Origin: an uncultured Halobacteriales archaeon
GTDB lineage: Archaea; Thermoplasmatota; E2; JACPAO01; JAHWKR01
NCBI GenBank assembly: GCA_964452895.1
Contig: CAYVRY010000002.1
Location: forward strand, 18,155 to 63,318
Direction of reading: 5' to 3'
Length of the DNA: 45,164 nt
Part shown: one piece after another, positions 8,565-17,592 of the stretch
Layout: each line of letters begins with the position of its first letter
How positions within the stretch are numbered: the stretch's first letter is position 1
Position numbers and translations under genes: made by a program
The notes under the pieces: generated by a model
Seen by the model: only the letters and a program-made list of their open reading frames with translations
What the model was told of the DNA's origin: nothing
The model's database searches: none

Positions 8565-9405
8565 TGACCAGGAAGGCCGGCAGGCCGTGGCCCAGGTGGA
8601 GAAGGCCCGCCAGCAGGGCCGAAGGGGAAAGCGACCCGCACCGATCCTGGAGGCGAAAGGGGTGCGCAAGCATTTCGGGGGGATCAAGGCGGTGGACGGC
8701 ATGGACCTCAGCGTGATGAAGGGGGAGATGGTGGGGCTGATCGGGCCGAACGGCGCGGGCAAGACCACGTTCTTCAACGTGCTCGCCGGCTGGTATCCGC
8801 CGGACGGGGGGACGGTCCGGTTCCAGGGCAAGCCGATCCACAGCCTTTGGTCGCACCGGGTGGCACGACGCGGCCTGGTGCGCACGTTCCAGATCACCCG
8901 GACGCTATCCCGCATGAGTGTGTTGGAGAACATGATGCTCGTGCCGCAGCATCAGCTCGGGGAACATGTCTGGGCCCCGTTTCTGCCGGTCTTGGGACGT
9001 CCCCGCCTGGCCACCCAGGAACAGGAAGTGGCAAAGAAGGCGCACCGGTTGCTGGAGTTTTTCCAGCTCGACCACTTGGCGCAGGAATACGCCGGGGCGC
9101 TTTCGGGGGGCCAGCGCAAGTTGTTGGAACTGGCGCGTGTGCTCATGTTGGACCCGCGGATGATCCTGTTGGACGAGCCCACGGCGGGGGTGAACCCGAC
9201 CTTGGCGCGGCGCATCATGACCCGGTTGCAGGAGATCCGCGAGAAGCAGGGCATCACGATCCTGTTGATCGAGCACGACATGGAGACGGTGATGGCGAAC
9301 TGCAAACGGATCGTGGTGATGGCGGCGGGGCGACAGCTTGCGCAGGGCACGCCGGAGGAGATCCAGTCGAACAAACAGGTCATAGACGCCTACCTGGGGG
9401 GATGA
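8554..9405 (+). CDS. livG: ABC transporter ATP-binding protein, LivG-like
   Basis: GPNGAGKTT, RTFQ, LSGGQ, LLDEP, IEHDM, AYLG. Confidence 0.93.
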   Translation: MVIDDQEGRQAVAQVEKARQQGRRGKRPAPILEAKGVRKHFGGIKAVDGMDLSVMKGEMVGLIGPNGAGKTTFFNVLAGWYPPDGGTVRFQGKPIHSLWSHRVARRGLVRTFQITRTLSRMSVLENMMLVPQHQLGEHVWAPFLPVLGRPRLATQEQEVAKKAHRLLEFFQLDHLAQEYAGALSGGQRKLLELARVLMLDPRMILLDEPTAGVNPTLARRIMTRLQEIREKQGITILLIEHDMETVMANCKRIVVMAAGRQLAQGTPEEIQSNKQVIDAYLGG

Positions 9406-10118
9406 TGGTGGGGGACGTGCTCGAGGTCAAGGATCTGGTGGTGGGGTATGTGGAGGAGCTGGACATCCTTCATGGGGTGTCCATGCGGGTAGCGGACGGC
9501 GAGACGGTCTGCATCATCGGCCCGAACGGGGCGGGAAAGAGCACATTGATCAAGAGCGTCTTCGGTCTCTTGCCCCCCAAACGTGGCCAGATCCGGTTCC
9601 GGCAGGAGGAGGTCGCGGGGCTGCCTCCCGAAGAGATCGTGCGGCGGGGCATGGGGTACGTCCCACAGATGGGCAACGTGTTCCCGCAGATGAGCGTGGA
9701 GGAGAACCTGGAGATGGGGGCGTGGACCCGGCGCTCGGGGTACCAGGATGCCCTGGAGCGTGTGGAGGCCATGTTCCCCGTGCTGAAGAAAAGACGGCGT
9801 CAACGCGTGGGGACCATGAGCGGTGGCGAACGGCAGATGGTGGCCATGGGCCGTGCGCTGATGGTGAGTCCGCAGCTTCTTCTTCTGGATGAGCCGTCCG
9901 CGGGTCTCGCTCCGAACCTGGTGGACGATGTCTTCGCGAACGTGGAAAGGATCGCCCAGCAGGGCATCCCGATCCTCCTGGTGGAGCAGAACGCGAAAAA
10001 GGGGCTCGCGGCGAGCGACCGGGGGTACGTGCTGGACATGGGGAAAAACCGGTTCGAGGGCACGGGCCGGGAGTTGTTGGAGAACCCGGACGTGGGCAAG
10101 CTCTACCTGGGTGGCTGA
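9402..10118 (+). CDS. livF: ABC transporter ATP-binding protein, LivF-like
   Basis: GPNGAGKST, MSGGERQMVAMGRAL, LLDEPS, LVEQN, LYLGG; ATGA overlap with livG. Confidence 0.93.
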   Translation: MMVGDVLEVKDLVVGYVEELDILHGVSMRVADGETVCIIGPNGAGKSTLIKSVFGLLPPKRGQIRFRQEEVAGLPPEEIVRRGMGYVPQMGNVFPQMSVEENLEMGAWTRRSGYQDALERVEAMFPVLKKRRRQRVGTMSGGERQMVAMGRALMVSPQLLLLDEPSAGLAPNLVDDVFANVERIAQQGIPILLVEQNAKKGLAASDRGYVLDMGKNRFEGTGRELLENPDVGKLYLGG

Positions 10119-10134
10119 AGCACGCCCGGACCAG

Positions 10135-10175
10135 GGACAAAAAGAGGGGCGGGGAGAAGAAGGGAAGAGGGTGCG
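10135..10175 (-). terminator. Pyrimidine-rich terminator of the substrate-binding protein gene
   Basis: Minus strand reads ctcttcccttcttctcccc...ctctttttgtc just past the stop, between convergent genes. Confidence 0.5.
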
Positions 10176-10181
10176 TTCGCG

Positions 10182-11447
10182 CTAGAAGAGGTCTTCCATG
10201 CGGATCCCCGATTCCCGCACGGTGATCTCTCCGTCGTCGATCTCCCAGATCGAGAAGAGGGCGAACTCGTCGTCCATGTCGCCCGCGTCGTCCCATTCCA
10301 TGGGGCCCGCGGCGCCGGTCCATACGATCTCTTGGCCGTCACGGATCAACTCGAGGGCCCGACCGGCATCGTAGACCACTTCTTCCCCGGGGGAGTTCTG
10401 CACGGAGCGAAGCGAGGATTTCAGCTCCTCGCCGCCGGTGCAGTTGCAGTGCTCGGCGGCGAGCATGAGCAGCATGGCCGCGTCGTAGGTGCGGTCCGAG
10501 AACAACTCGGGGCCCGAGCCGTATTCGGCTTCGAAGTCCGAAAGAAACTCCTCGGTCTCGACCTGTTGGGGTTCGGTCCCCCAGAAACCGTCCAGGATGT
10601 TCTCCCCGGCGTCATCGTGGAATTCGGTGACGAACTCCTGGTCCCGCATCCCCTCCGAGAAGTACCAGGGTGTGGGGTCGTCGCCTTCGAAGAGGCCTTG
10701 CGCCAGGGCGTTTTCAAGCACGACCTGCCCCGTGTCCGGGTAACCGATCAAAACGATCGCGTCGGCGTCGGCGTCCGCGGCCTGCTGGACGTCCGTCGTG
10801 AAGTCCGCGCCTTCGGGGTCGTAGGGGACTTCCTCCACGACGGTCCCCCCGTTCTCTTCGAATGCTTGCTCGAGCGCCTCGCCGAAGCCCTGGCCGTAGT
10901 CGTTGTTCAGCAGGATCACCGCGATCTCCTCGTGGCCGTGGTCCAGGACCAGGTCCGCCATGACGGGTCCCTGCAAGGCGTCGGATGGGACGGTGCGGAA
11001 GTACCAGTCGTCGTCGTCGAGGTCGGTGAACCGCGGCGCGGTGTTCGACGGGCTGATGATCGGGATCTGGGCATCGATCACTGATTCCACGAATGCGGAT
11101 GTGACGCCGGAACCCATGGCGCCGACGATGGCGTGCACGCGTTCGACGTCGATCAGGTTCTCGGCGGCGCTGCGCGCGGCCTCCCCACGGGTCTCCGAGT
11201 CCGCTTCCACGTGGACCACGTCTTGACCGTTGACGCCGCCGTTCTCGTTGACGTGCTTCACGGCGAGGTTCAAGGCGTTCTGCGCGGACGGGCCGAACGG
11301 GCTGAGGTCGCCGGTAAGCGGCAGGACGCTGCCGATCTTGAACTGGTCGTCATCCGTGTCGGATTCGTGGCAACCGGCCAGTGCGACGCTTGCAAGCGTC
11401 AAGGTGGCGAGGACGACAAGGATTTGCGTGCTTTTGGTGTGTGTCAT
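10182..11447 (-). CDS. livK: ABC transporter substrate-binding lipoprotein, LivK/LivJ family
   Basis: Lipobox LAGC; KIGSVLPLTG, NENGGVNG, ISPSNT, FRTVPSD, YDAA; strongly acidic. ATG 11447 has an SD-like ggagg upstream. Confidence 0.92.
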   Translation of the reverse strand: MTHTKSTQILVVLATLTLASVALAGCHESDTDDDQFKIGSVLPLTGDLSPFGPSAQNALNLAVKHVNENGGVNGQDVVHVEADSETRGEAARSAAENLIDVERVHAIVGAMGSGVTSAFVESVIDAQIPIISPSNTAPRFTDLDDDDWYFRTVPSDALQGPVMADLVLDHGHEEIAVILLNNDYGQGFGEALEQAFEENGGTVVEEVPYDPEGADFTTDVQQAADADADAIVLIGYPDTGQVVLENALAQGLFEGDDPTPWYFSEGMRDQEFVTEFHDDAGENILDGFWGTEPQQVETEEFLSDFEAEYGSGPELFSDRTYDAAMLLMLAAEHCNCTGGEELKSSLRSVQNSPGEEVVYDAGRALELIRDGQEIVWTGAAGPMEWDDAGDMDDEFALFSIWEIDDGEITVRESGIRMEDLF

Positions 11448-11633
11448 GAGGACCCTCCGTTTTGCCCTGCGGGCGGGAGCCCCGACTTTGCCAGTGGATA
11501 AAAGGGTTTCTCGCAGTGCCTGCACACGCTTCGCGACACAAGGCGGTTGTCGTTTTCACCGTCTCTCGTTTTCCGCTTGTTTCCCCGCGCCAGCTTTTTT
11601 AAGGGGACCCTCGTACCGGCGCCCGGCCCCCTA

Positions 11634-11641
11634 CTTAAAGT
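11634..11641 (+). promoter_or_regulatory. Putative archaeal TATA box
   Basis: cttaaagt about 25-30 bp upstream of ATG 11665, consistent with a leaderless transcript. Confidence 0.5.
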
Positions 11642-11664
11642 AACGGGGCGGCGGAGGCGCGCGG

Positions 11665-14433
11665 ATGTTCATGAATCGCGACGACAGGCGGGTGTTGAGG
11701 GCTCTTTTCGGTCACCGGGTGAGTTTCCACGAAGCGGAACGGCGGCTTTACGAGACGGATCTTTGGCGCCCGCCCGTCGGCGTGCGTCGGTTCGTACGAT
11801 CCATGCCGGAGGCGGTGGTGTTGCCGGAGAACGAGACGGAACTCGTGGAGCTGGTGGGTTTCGCCAATGAAGTGGGGATCCCGTTGGTCCCGCGCGGCGG
11901 CGGCACGGCCCTCAACGGCGGCTCCATGCCGGTTCGTGGCGGGATCGTGGTGGATTTCGCGCACATGGACCAGCGCTTCGAGCCCAGCGCGCAGGGCAGC
12001 GAGGTCCTGGTGGGGGCGGGGATGACGTTCGCGTCGCTCTCGGCGCGCCTGGCGGCGATCGGGCAGGCGCCCCTTGTGGAACCGGTCTTCCCGGAGACCA
12101 CCGTGGGCGGTTGGTTGGCCACGGGGGGCCCGGGGTTCGGGTCGAACCGGTTCGGTTTTTTCGAGGATACGGTGCGTTTTGCCCGCGTGGTCCTTCCGGA
12201 CGGCACTCGGCGTGTGTTCTCGGGCAGTGAGTTGGAGGTGGTCTCGTCCCTTTGTGGGTCTACGGGTCTGATCAGTTCCGTCACGTTGCGCACCCGGGCG
12301 CTTGAGCGACCGGTGCCGTTTTTGGCGTCCTTTGCGGACCTGGGGTCTTTGGACGGGGCGTTCGACGAGGTCCGTAACGCCACCCGGTGGTGGTCTTTGA
12401 GTGTGGAGCCTCCGGAGACCGCGGCAATGAAGGCGGAGGCATTGGGTCAAAAGGCTCCCGCCCGCAACGCGTTTTTGCTCATGGGTGCGGCTTTGCCGGG
12501 GGATTGGGACGAGGCCGGTCAGCAGGCGGTCACCAAGATCGTGGAGAAGGCCGGGGGGAAAGTGGTCGACGCGAAGAAGACGAAGACCTGGTGGGACGCG
12601 CACGATCGGGTGTACCAGGCGAAGTCGTTGGGGCCGAGCATGCACACGGGCTCCGTGCTTGTGCCGTCGAACGTCCTCCCCCAGGCCATCGCGCGCCTCC
12701 ACCGCGCCGTGAAGGCCCCGCACTGGTTGATGAGTGCGTTGGTCGCCGGCGACCAGACGCTGTTGACCGGTTACGCCCTGGATGACGAGCGGCGCCCGCC
12801 GCATGAGGTGGGTTACGGGGCCGTTCTTGCCATGGAGCATGCGCTGAAAAAGCTCGGCGGCCGCCCGGTCTCGTTGGGCGTGAAGGCGGCGGGTCAGGCG
12901 TCGCGGTTCATGAACGAGGACCGCTTGGACCGGGTGATCGAGTTCAAGAACGCCGTGGACCACAACGGGATCATGAATCCGGGCAAGGTCTTCGGGACGC
13001 CGATCGCGCGATTGAAGCCGTCTTGGGCGCCGGGTCCTTCCGTGCAGGCGGCACTGCGGCCCGGGGAGCCCTTGTTGCGGGCGATGCACGGTTCGACCTA
13101 TGTTCGTTATCAGCGCCGGGAGGAGGCACGCGCCCCGTACAAGGCGGGACTCTCGGCGGCGTTGGGGGCGGCCGGCGCGGGAGGGTTCGGGGCGAAGTGG
13201 GCGTGGCCCGTGATCGCTTCCGACGTGGACACGGGACTGCGTCATGCCAGTGCGAGTGCGCGCGCGTTCGGTTCCCTGGGTTCCAGCCCGCTGGGTTGGC
13301 TGGGTTGGGTAGGGCGCTACATCAGCGGGGACGCCACGTTCTCGGAGTACCAGTACCGGGCCCTGGCGGGGGAAGGGATCGCCGCGGAGGCGGAGGTAAG
13401 GAGCCGGTTCGGTCTCGCGTTCGCGGACCTCTTGATGGAACTGAAGGCACAGATGCTCGAGGAGGGTTTCCGTCCTCTCAAGGAGCACCGCGCGATCAGG
13501 GATGCCTGCTTGGAGCACCACAACGAGTACGGCCGGGACAACGTGGATCGAACGGCGTGGGCCGATGGGCTGGAACTCGCCGACAAGAGCGAGACCCTGG
13601 TCTTTGTGGACGACACGGTGAGTTTCGAGGCGCCCCGTTTTGCGAACCTGTGCGTGCGTCTTCTTCAAGGGGCCGGGCAGAACGTGACGTACTTGGGGGA
13701 GAAAGAGCACGCATCGGGTCAGGTGCTCTTGGCTTCCGGCCAAATGGAGGCCGCCGAGACGCTGTTCGAGCACAACGCGAAGGCGGTCAAGGAGTCCGGT
13801 GCGAAGGTCGTGATCACGCTCGACCCGTGGACCCATCATGTGCTCTCGCGCCTCTATCCGCGGATGGCGTCCCGTCTGGGAGTGCAGTGGGACGTGGAGG
13901 TGCGTCATGTCTACGAGGTCTTGGCGAAGCACGCGGACGCCGGCAAGATCTCGGCGCCGAAGGAGCAGGCGGGGATGGTCCTGCATCATCCACCGGTCTT
14001 CCTGCTCCACGGCATCGACGAGGCGATGGCGGCCACCGCGCTGGGTCTCATGGGGATCAAGGCGACGCCGCTGGTCCATCATGGCGAACAAGCCATGGAC
14101 GTGGGCGCAAGCGGTGCGGTGCGCCTGGTCTATCCGGAGATCGCCACCCTGGCCAGCCGGCGGGTCTTGCGTGACGCCGCCAGCTCGGACGCGGGTCACC
14201 TGGTTTCATCGGACCCGGCCAGCGGGTTGATCCTGGCCGCCAGCCGTGACCGGTTGGACGAGAACCAGACCGAGGGGGTCCCGGCGGTTTTCCTTCTGGG
14301 GGCCGACGTGCCTGCGCAGGCCGCAAAAGAGGCAGGCGCGAACAACGAGGATGAAGGCGAAGGGGACGAGACCGAAAGCGGGTCTTCGAAGGACGAGGAT
14401 GAGGCGGAGCAGGCCGCCCAGCAGGCGGCTTGA
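11665..14433 (+). CDS. FAD-binding (GlcD/D-lactate dehydrogenase-like) + ferredoxin + 2xCCG fusion homologue with degenerate Fe-S motifs
   Basis: PEAVVLP, PRGGGT..GG, TVGGWLATGG.G and DHNGIMNPGK define the FAD_binding_4/FAD-oxidase_C module. The C-terminal half follows the GlcF/HdrD layout but lacks the cysteines. Confidence 0.85.
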   Translation: MFMNRDDRRVLRALFGHRVSFHEAERRLYETDLWRPPVGVRRFVRSMPEAVVLPENETELVELVGFANEVGIPLVPRGGGTALNGGSMPVRGGIVVDFAHMDQRFEPSAQGSEVLVGAGMTFASLSARLAAIGQAPLVEPVFPETTVGGWLATGGPGFGSNRFGFFEDTVRFARVVLPDGTRRVFSGSELEVVSSLCGSTGLISSVTLRTRALERPVPFLASFADLGSLDGAFDEVRNATRWWSLSVEPPETAAMKAEALGQKAPARNAFLLMGAALPGDWDEAGQQAVTKIVEKAGGKVVDAKKTKTWWDAHDRVYQAKSLGPSMHTGSVLVPSNVLPQAIARLHRAVKAPHWLMSALVAGDQTLLTGYALDDERRPPHEVGYGAVLAMEHALKKLGGRPVSLGVKAAGQASRFMNEDRLDRVIEFKNAVDHNGIMNPGKVFGTPIARLKPSWAPGPSVQAALRPGEPLLRAMHGSTYVRYQRREEARAPYKAGLSAALGAAGAGGFGAKWAWPVIASDVDTGLRHASASARAFGSLGSSPLGWLGWVGRYISGDATFSEYQYRALAGEGIAAEAEVRSRFGLAFADLLMELKAQMLEEGFRPLKEHRAIRDACLEHHNEYGRDNVDRTAWADGLELADKSETLVFVDDTVSFEAPRFANLCVRLLQGAGQNVTYLGEKEHASGQVLLASGQMEAAETLFEHNAKAVKESGAKVVITLDPWTHHVLSRLYPRMASRLGVQWDVEVRHVYEVLAKHADAGKISAPKEQAGMVLHHPPVFLLHGIDEAMAATALGLMGIKATPLVHHGEQAMDVGASGAVRLVYPEIATLASRRVLRDAASSDAGHLVSSDPASGLILAASRDRLDENQTEGVPAVFLLGADVPAQAAKEAGANNEDEGEGDETESGSSKDEDEAEQAAQQAA

Positions 14434-14452
14434 GCCGTGTAGGGTTTGGGTC

Positions 14453-16078
14453 TCAATCCTCGTCTCGCCCGGGCGTGCCGTCCCAGTGCAGCGATTTCCA
14501 TTGTGGGCCCAGTGTCCAGGAACCATGCACGTGCTGGCTGTGGGGGTCGAGCCCGCGTGATAGGTTGTGGTAGTATTGCGCTTCCACGTTGAGTTCGTAA
14601 TCCGCCAGGGCTCCGGTCATCAGCCGGACCTCGATCTGGATCTCGTCTTCCACCCAGTAGGAGAGGGGGCCGCGCCATACGGGGACGCCGGCCGTCTGCA
14701 GGTCGTGCGGCCCGTTTTTCGTGTCCACGGTCTGGAAGTGCCCGCTGGACACACGCAACCGGGTGCTCTGGACTCCGGCCAGGTCCCCGCCGAGGGGGTC
14801 TTGACTGGTGAGCTGCACACGATAACCTCCCAGGTGCAAGGCGCCGTCGTCCAGTTCGTACGGGAAGGAGAAGGCATGGTCTCTTGAATCATGGTCGGAG
14901 TCCGCCGGGAGGTCGCTGGTGCCCAGGAGCAGTTGTCCCTCGGCGCCCTCGGTGCGGGTCTTGACCGCCTGTTCCGCGTTGTAGGGCACGAAGAGGCTCA
15001 CGTGGTCGCGGGCGATGTTGCCGTTGTCGTCACGGACCGTGAGGGTCACGTCGAACATGCCGCCTTTCGTGTAGTTCTTGATCACCTTGGCTCCTGTCAT
15101 GGTGGTGCCGTCGCCGAAGTCCCAGCGGTGCTCCACGATGGGCACGCGGAGCGCGGTGCCTTGTTCGCGGTCCGGTCGGATGTAGTTGGAGGCCGACCGG
15201 GAGGCGTCGAAGCGCAGGTCCTGGGTGAGGCCCACGGCTTGGCTCACGCGTTTGTTCGGCTGGGTCCGGTCGAAGTAGAGCCGGGCGTCCGTCTCGGGGT
15301 CCATGATCTCGAGCGTGGTGGACGGGGGGGTGCCGCGCCCTTCCTTTTTCAGGGAGCCGTCGCCGGACCCGTTGTCGGGCATTTGCGAGGCGCCGCCGTC
15401 CATGGGGTGGTAGTCGACTTTCTTGTTGTCGACGTGCACGGCGATCCCTGCGGGAACGGTGGAATGCGCGAAGGCACCGCCGTCGTTGCGGTAAAACGAG
15501 CGTTGCAGGTCGATCTCGATGAACAGGTCGGTGGTCCGCCCGCCGAAGACGACGTGCACGGCACGCAGCGTGATGACGTTGCCGCTGTGTTCGAGAGGGG
15601 TCTCCTGGATCTCGGTGACCGCCCGCCCGTTCTTGCTGCCCACGACCCGTTCCACGCCCACGCTGGCTTGATCGATCTGGAAGGCGAACCCGGAGTATTC
15701 GCCATCGGGGACGACGGTGCGCGCCACTTGCACGGTCTTGCGTTGCTGCTCCAGCTCGACCAGGTCCACTTGGGTGTTCACCGCCCTCATGGTCTCGAGG
15801 TCCTCGAGCAGGATGTCGCGCGCATGCCAGACGTGGCCGAACGTGAGGTTGTAATGGACGAACTCATTGCTGATCGCACCGGGTCGTGCGGCGACCCAGA
15901 TGCGCAACTCCCCGTCCTCCGGCGTCTCGACCACTTCTTCCCGTTGCGGGAAGACCACGTCCAGGCAGCCGGAGAGAAGGCTGCTGCTGACCAGCAGCAG
16001 GACCAGGCCTGCCGCGCTCATGCGGCGTCGCCTGGTGCGGTTTGGGCGGTTGCGCTTCGTCGCCGTTGGTTGGTCCAT
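14453..16078 (-). CDS. Surface lipoprotein with DUF4382-like and PKD domains
   Basis: Basic N-terminus, hydrophobic stretch and lipobox LSGC; PDGEYSG..F and IEIDLQRSF (DUF4382-like); FDASRS...WDFGDG...GMFDVTLTVRDDNG (PKD). Start may be 16022. Confidence 0.8.
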   Translation of the reverse strand: MDQPTATKRNRPNRTRRRRMSAAGLVLLLVSSSLLSGCLDVVFPQREEVVETPEDGELRIWVAARPGAISNEFVHYNLTFGHVWHARDILLEDLETMRAVNTQVDLVELEQQRKTVQVARTVVPDGEYSGFAFQIDQASVGVERVVGSKNGRAVTEIQETPLEHSGNVITLRAVHVVFGGRTTDLFIEIDLQRSFYRNDGGAFAHSTVPAGIAVHVDNKKVDYHPMDGGASQMPDNGSGDGSLKKEGRGTPPSTTLEIMDPETDARLYFDRTQPNKRVSQAVGLTQDLRFDASRSASNYIRPDREQGTALRVPIVEHRWDFGDGTTMTGAKVIKNYTKGGMFDVTLTVRDDNGNIARDHVSLFVPYNAEQAVKTRTEGAEGQLLLGTSDLPADSDHDSRDHAFSFPYELDDGALHLGGYRVQLTSQDPLGGDLAGVQSTRLRVSSGHFQTVDTKNGPHDLQTAGVPVWRGPLSYWVEDEIQIEVRLMTGALADYELNVEAQYYHNLSRGLDPHSQHVHGSWTLGPQWKSLHWDGTPGRDED

Positions 16079-16315
16079 CGCCGCGACCCGACCGGAAAGA
16101 CGTTTCCGGGTACATAACGGGTCATCACGCGCGATGGGTTCGCCGGCCCCGTTTTGTGCGCCAAGCCCCGCCTTGGCGCCATAGCCTGGGTTTGTACGCG
16201 CGTCTTTCGTTTTGCGGTCCAGTCGCCATGGGGTCGAAAAGCGACGGTTTTCAGGGGCCTGTGTCCGGGGTGCCCGCGCACCAGCCTTTTATGGTCCCGG
16301 GGTGAGCGGTGTGGC

Positions 16316-16513
16316 ATGGCGGAAGCCTTCGTCGTCGTCGTGCTCGTGTTGGCGGCGCTCGTGTTGCTCGCGAACGTGCTTTTGTGGGTCCCGTTCGTCG
16401 GCAAGGTGTTCTGGGCGATCGGGAAGGTCCTGGGGTGGGTCGGATTCATCGTGGGTCTGTTGTGCCTCTGGGCGGTGGGGGTCCTGCTGGGATGGCTGCC
16501 GGCGCCGTTTTGA
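16316..16513 (+). CDS. Small hydrophobic membrane protein (65 aa)
   Basis: MAEAFVVVVLV... is almost entirely hydrophobic; cttttat about 25-30 bp upstream. Confidence 0.6.
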   Translation: MAEAFVVVVLVLAALVLLANVLLWVPFVGKVFWAIGKVLGWVGFIVGLLCLWAVGVLLGWLPAPF

Positions 16514-16583
16514 CAGGGTCGCTGCAGCGGCTGCCTGCTGGGCAAACCTTAACCGAAAAAGCGCGTGGGACGCCTCGTCGCTC

Positions 16584-17537
16584 ATGTCCCGGAAACCGGA
16601 TGCTCCTCCTGCACCGCAGGGTGCGGGGGCCGCCAATCAGGAAGACGATGCGAAGCAGGACGCCGGGCCGTCGCGCCCCATGGACCCGCGGATCCAGCAG
16701 CGCCAGCAACTCGTCGCGAAGCGATTGAAGGACATCGACCGCGTGCTCGTCGTGATGAGCGGCAAGGGCGGGGTCGGGAAGTCCAGCGTGGCGGCGTCCT
16801 TGGCCGTCAAGCTCGCGAAGGAGGGCAAACGCGTGGGTCTGTTGGACATGGACCTCACCGGGCCCGACCTGCCCCGCTTCATGGGCGTCGAAAAAGCGGA
16901 GATCAAGAACAGCGGCGACGGGATGGCGCCCGTGCAGGTGGACAAGAACCTCGTGATGATGAGCATCCAGTTCCTGCTCCCGGACCCCCATGCGGCGGTG
17001 GTCTGGCGGGGCCCCATGAAGATGGGCGCCATTCGTCAGCTCATCATGGACGTGGACTGGGGCAAGCTGGACCGTCTGGTGATCGACCTGCCGCCTGGGA
17101 CCAGCGACGAGCCGCTCTCCGTGGCGCAATCGATCCCGGACGCGGACGGCGTGGTGATCGTGACGACGCCGCATACGGTCTCCATTCTTGATGTGAGAAA
17201 GAGCATCGGCTTCGCCCGGCAGGTGGGGATGCACGTGTTGGGGGTCGTGGAGAACATGAGCGGCTTGGACTGCCCGCACTGCGGGAAAGGCATCTCGCTT
17301 TATGGGGCCGGCATGGGCGAGGACATGGCCAACGAGTTGGACATTCCGTTCTTGGGCCGGATCCCCATGGATCCGGAGGCCGCAGGGAGCGGCGACCAGT
17401 CCACGCCGGCCATGCTACGAAAGGGCCCGACGGCTGATGCGTTCGACAAGGTGGTCGTCCAGGTGGAGAAGGTGCTCGCGCTGCGCCCGCCGCGAAAGCG
17501 CCCGGAGCCCGGTGAAGGCCCGCTGAAGATGGCGTAA
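16584..17537 (+). CDS. mrp: Mrp/ApbC/Nbp35 family Fe-S cluster carrier ATPase
   Basis: SGKGGVGKS, WRGPM, WGKLDRLVIDLPPGTSD, VENMS..CPHC. Confidence 0.95.
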   Translation: MSRKPDAPPAPQGAGAANQEDDAKQDAGPSRPMDPRIQQRQQLVAKRLKDIDRVLVVMSGKGGVGKSSVAASLAVKLAKEGKRVGLLDMDLTGPDLPRFMGVEKAEIKNSGDGMAPVQVDKNLVMMSIQFLLPDPHAAVVWRGPMKMGAIRQLIMDVDWGKLDRLVIDLPPGTSDEPLSVAQSIPDADGVVIVTTPHTVSILDVRKSIGFARQVGMHVLGVVENMSGLDCPHCGKGISLYGAGMGEDMANELDIPFLGRIPMDPEAAGSGDQSTPAMLRKGPTADAFDKVVVQVEKVLALRPPRKRPEPGEGPLKMA

Positions 17538-17592
17538 ACCGACCAGCGAGTTGCCACGAACCCTTTTCACGCCCCGCCGGTGTGCGCCGCCT

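Noticed and set aside
11665-14433. Pseudogene, or selenocysteine/recoding explanation for the missing cysteines
   Set aside because: No frameshift or in-frame stop. The substituted positions use ordinary and varied sense codons.
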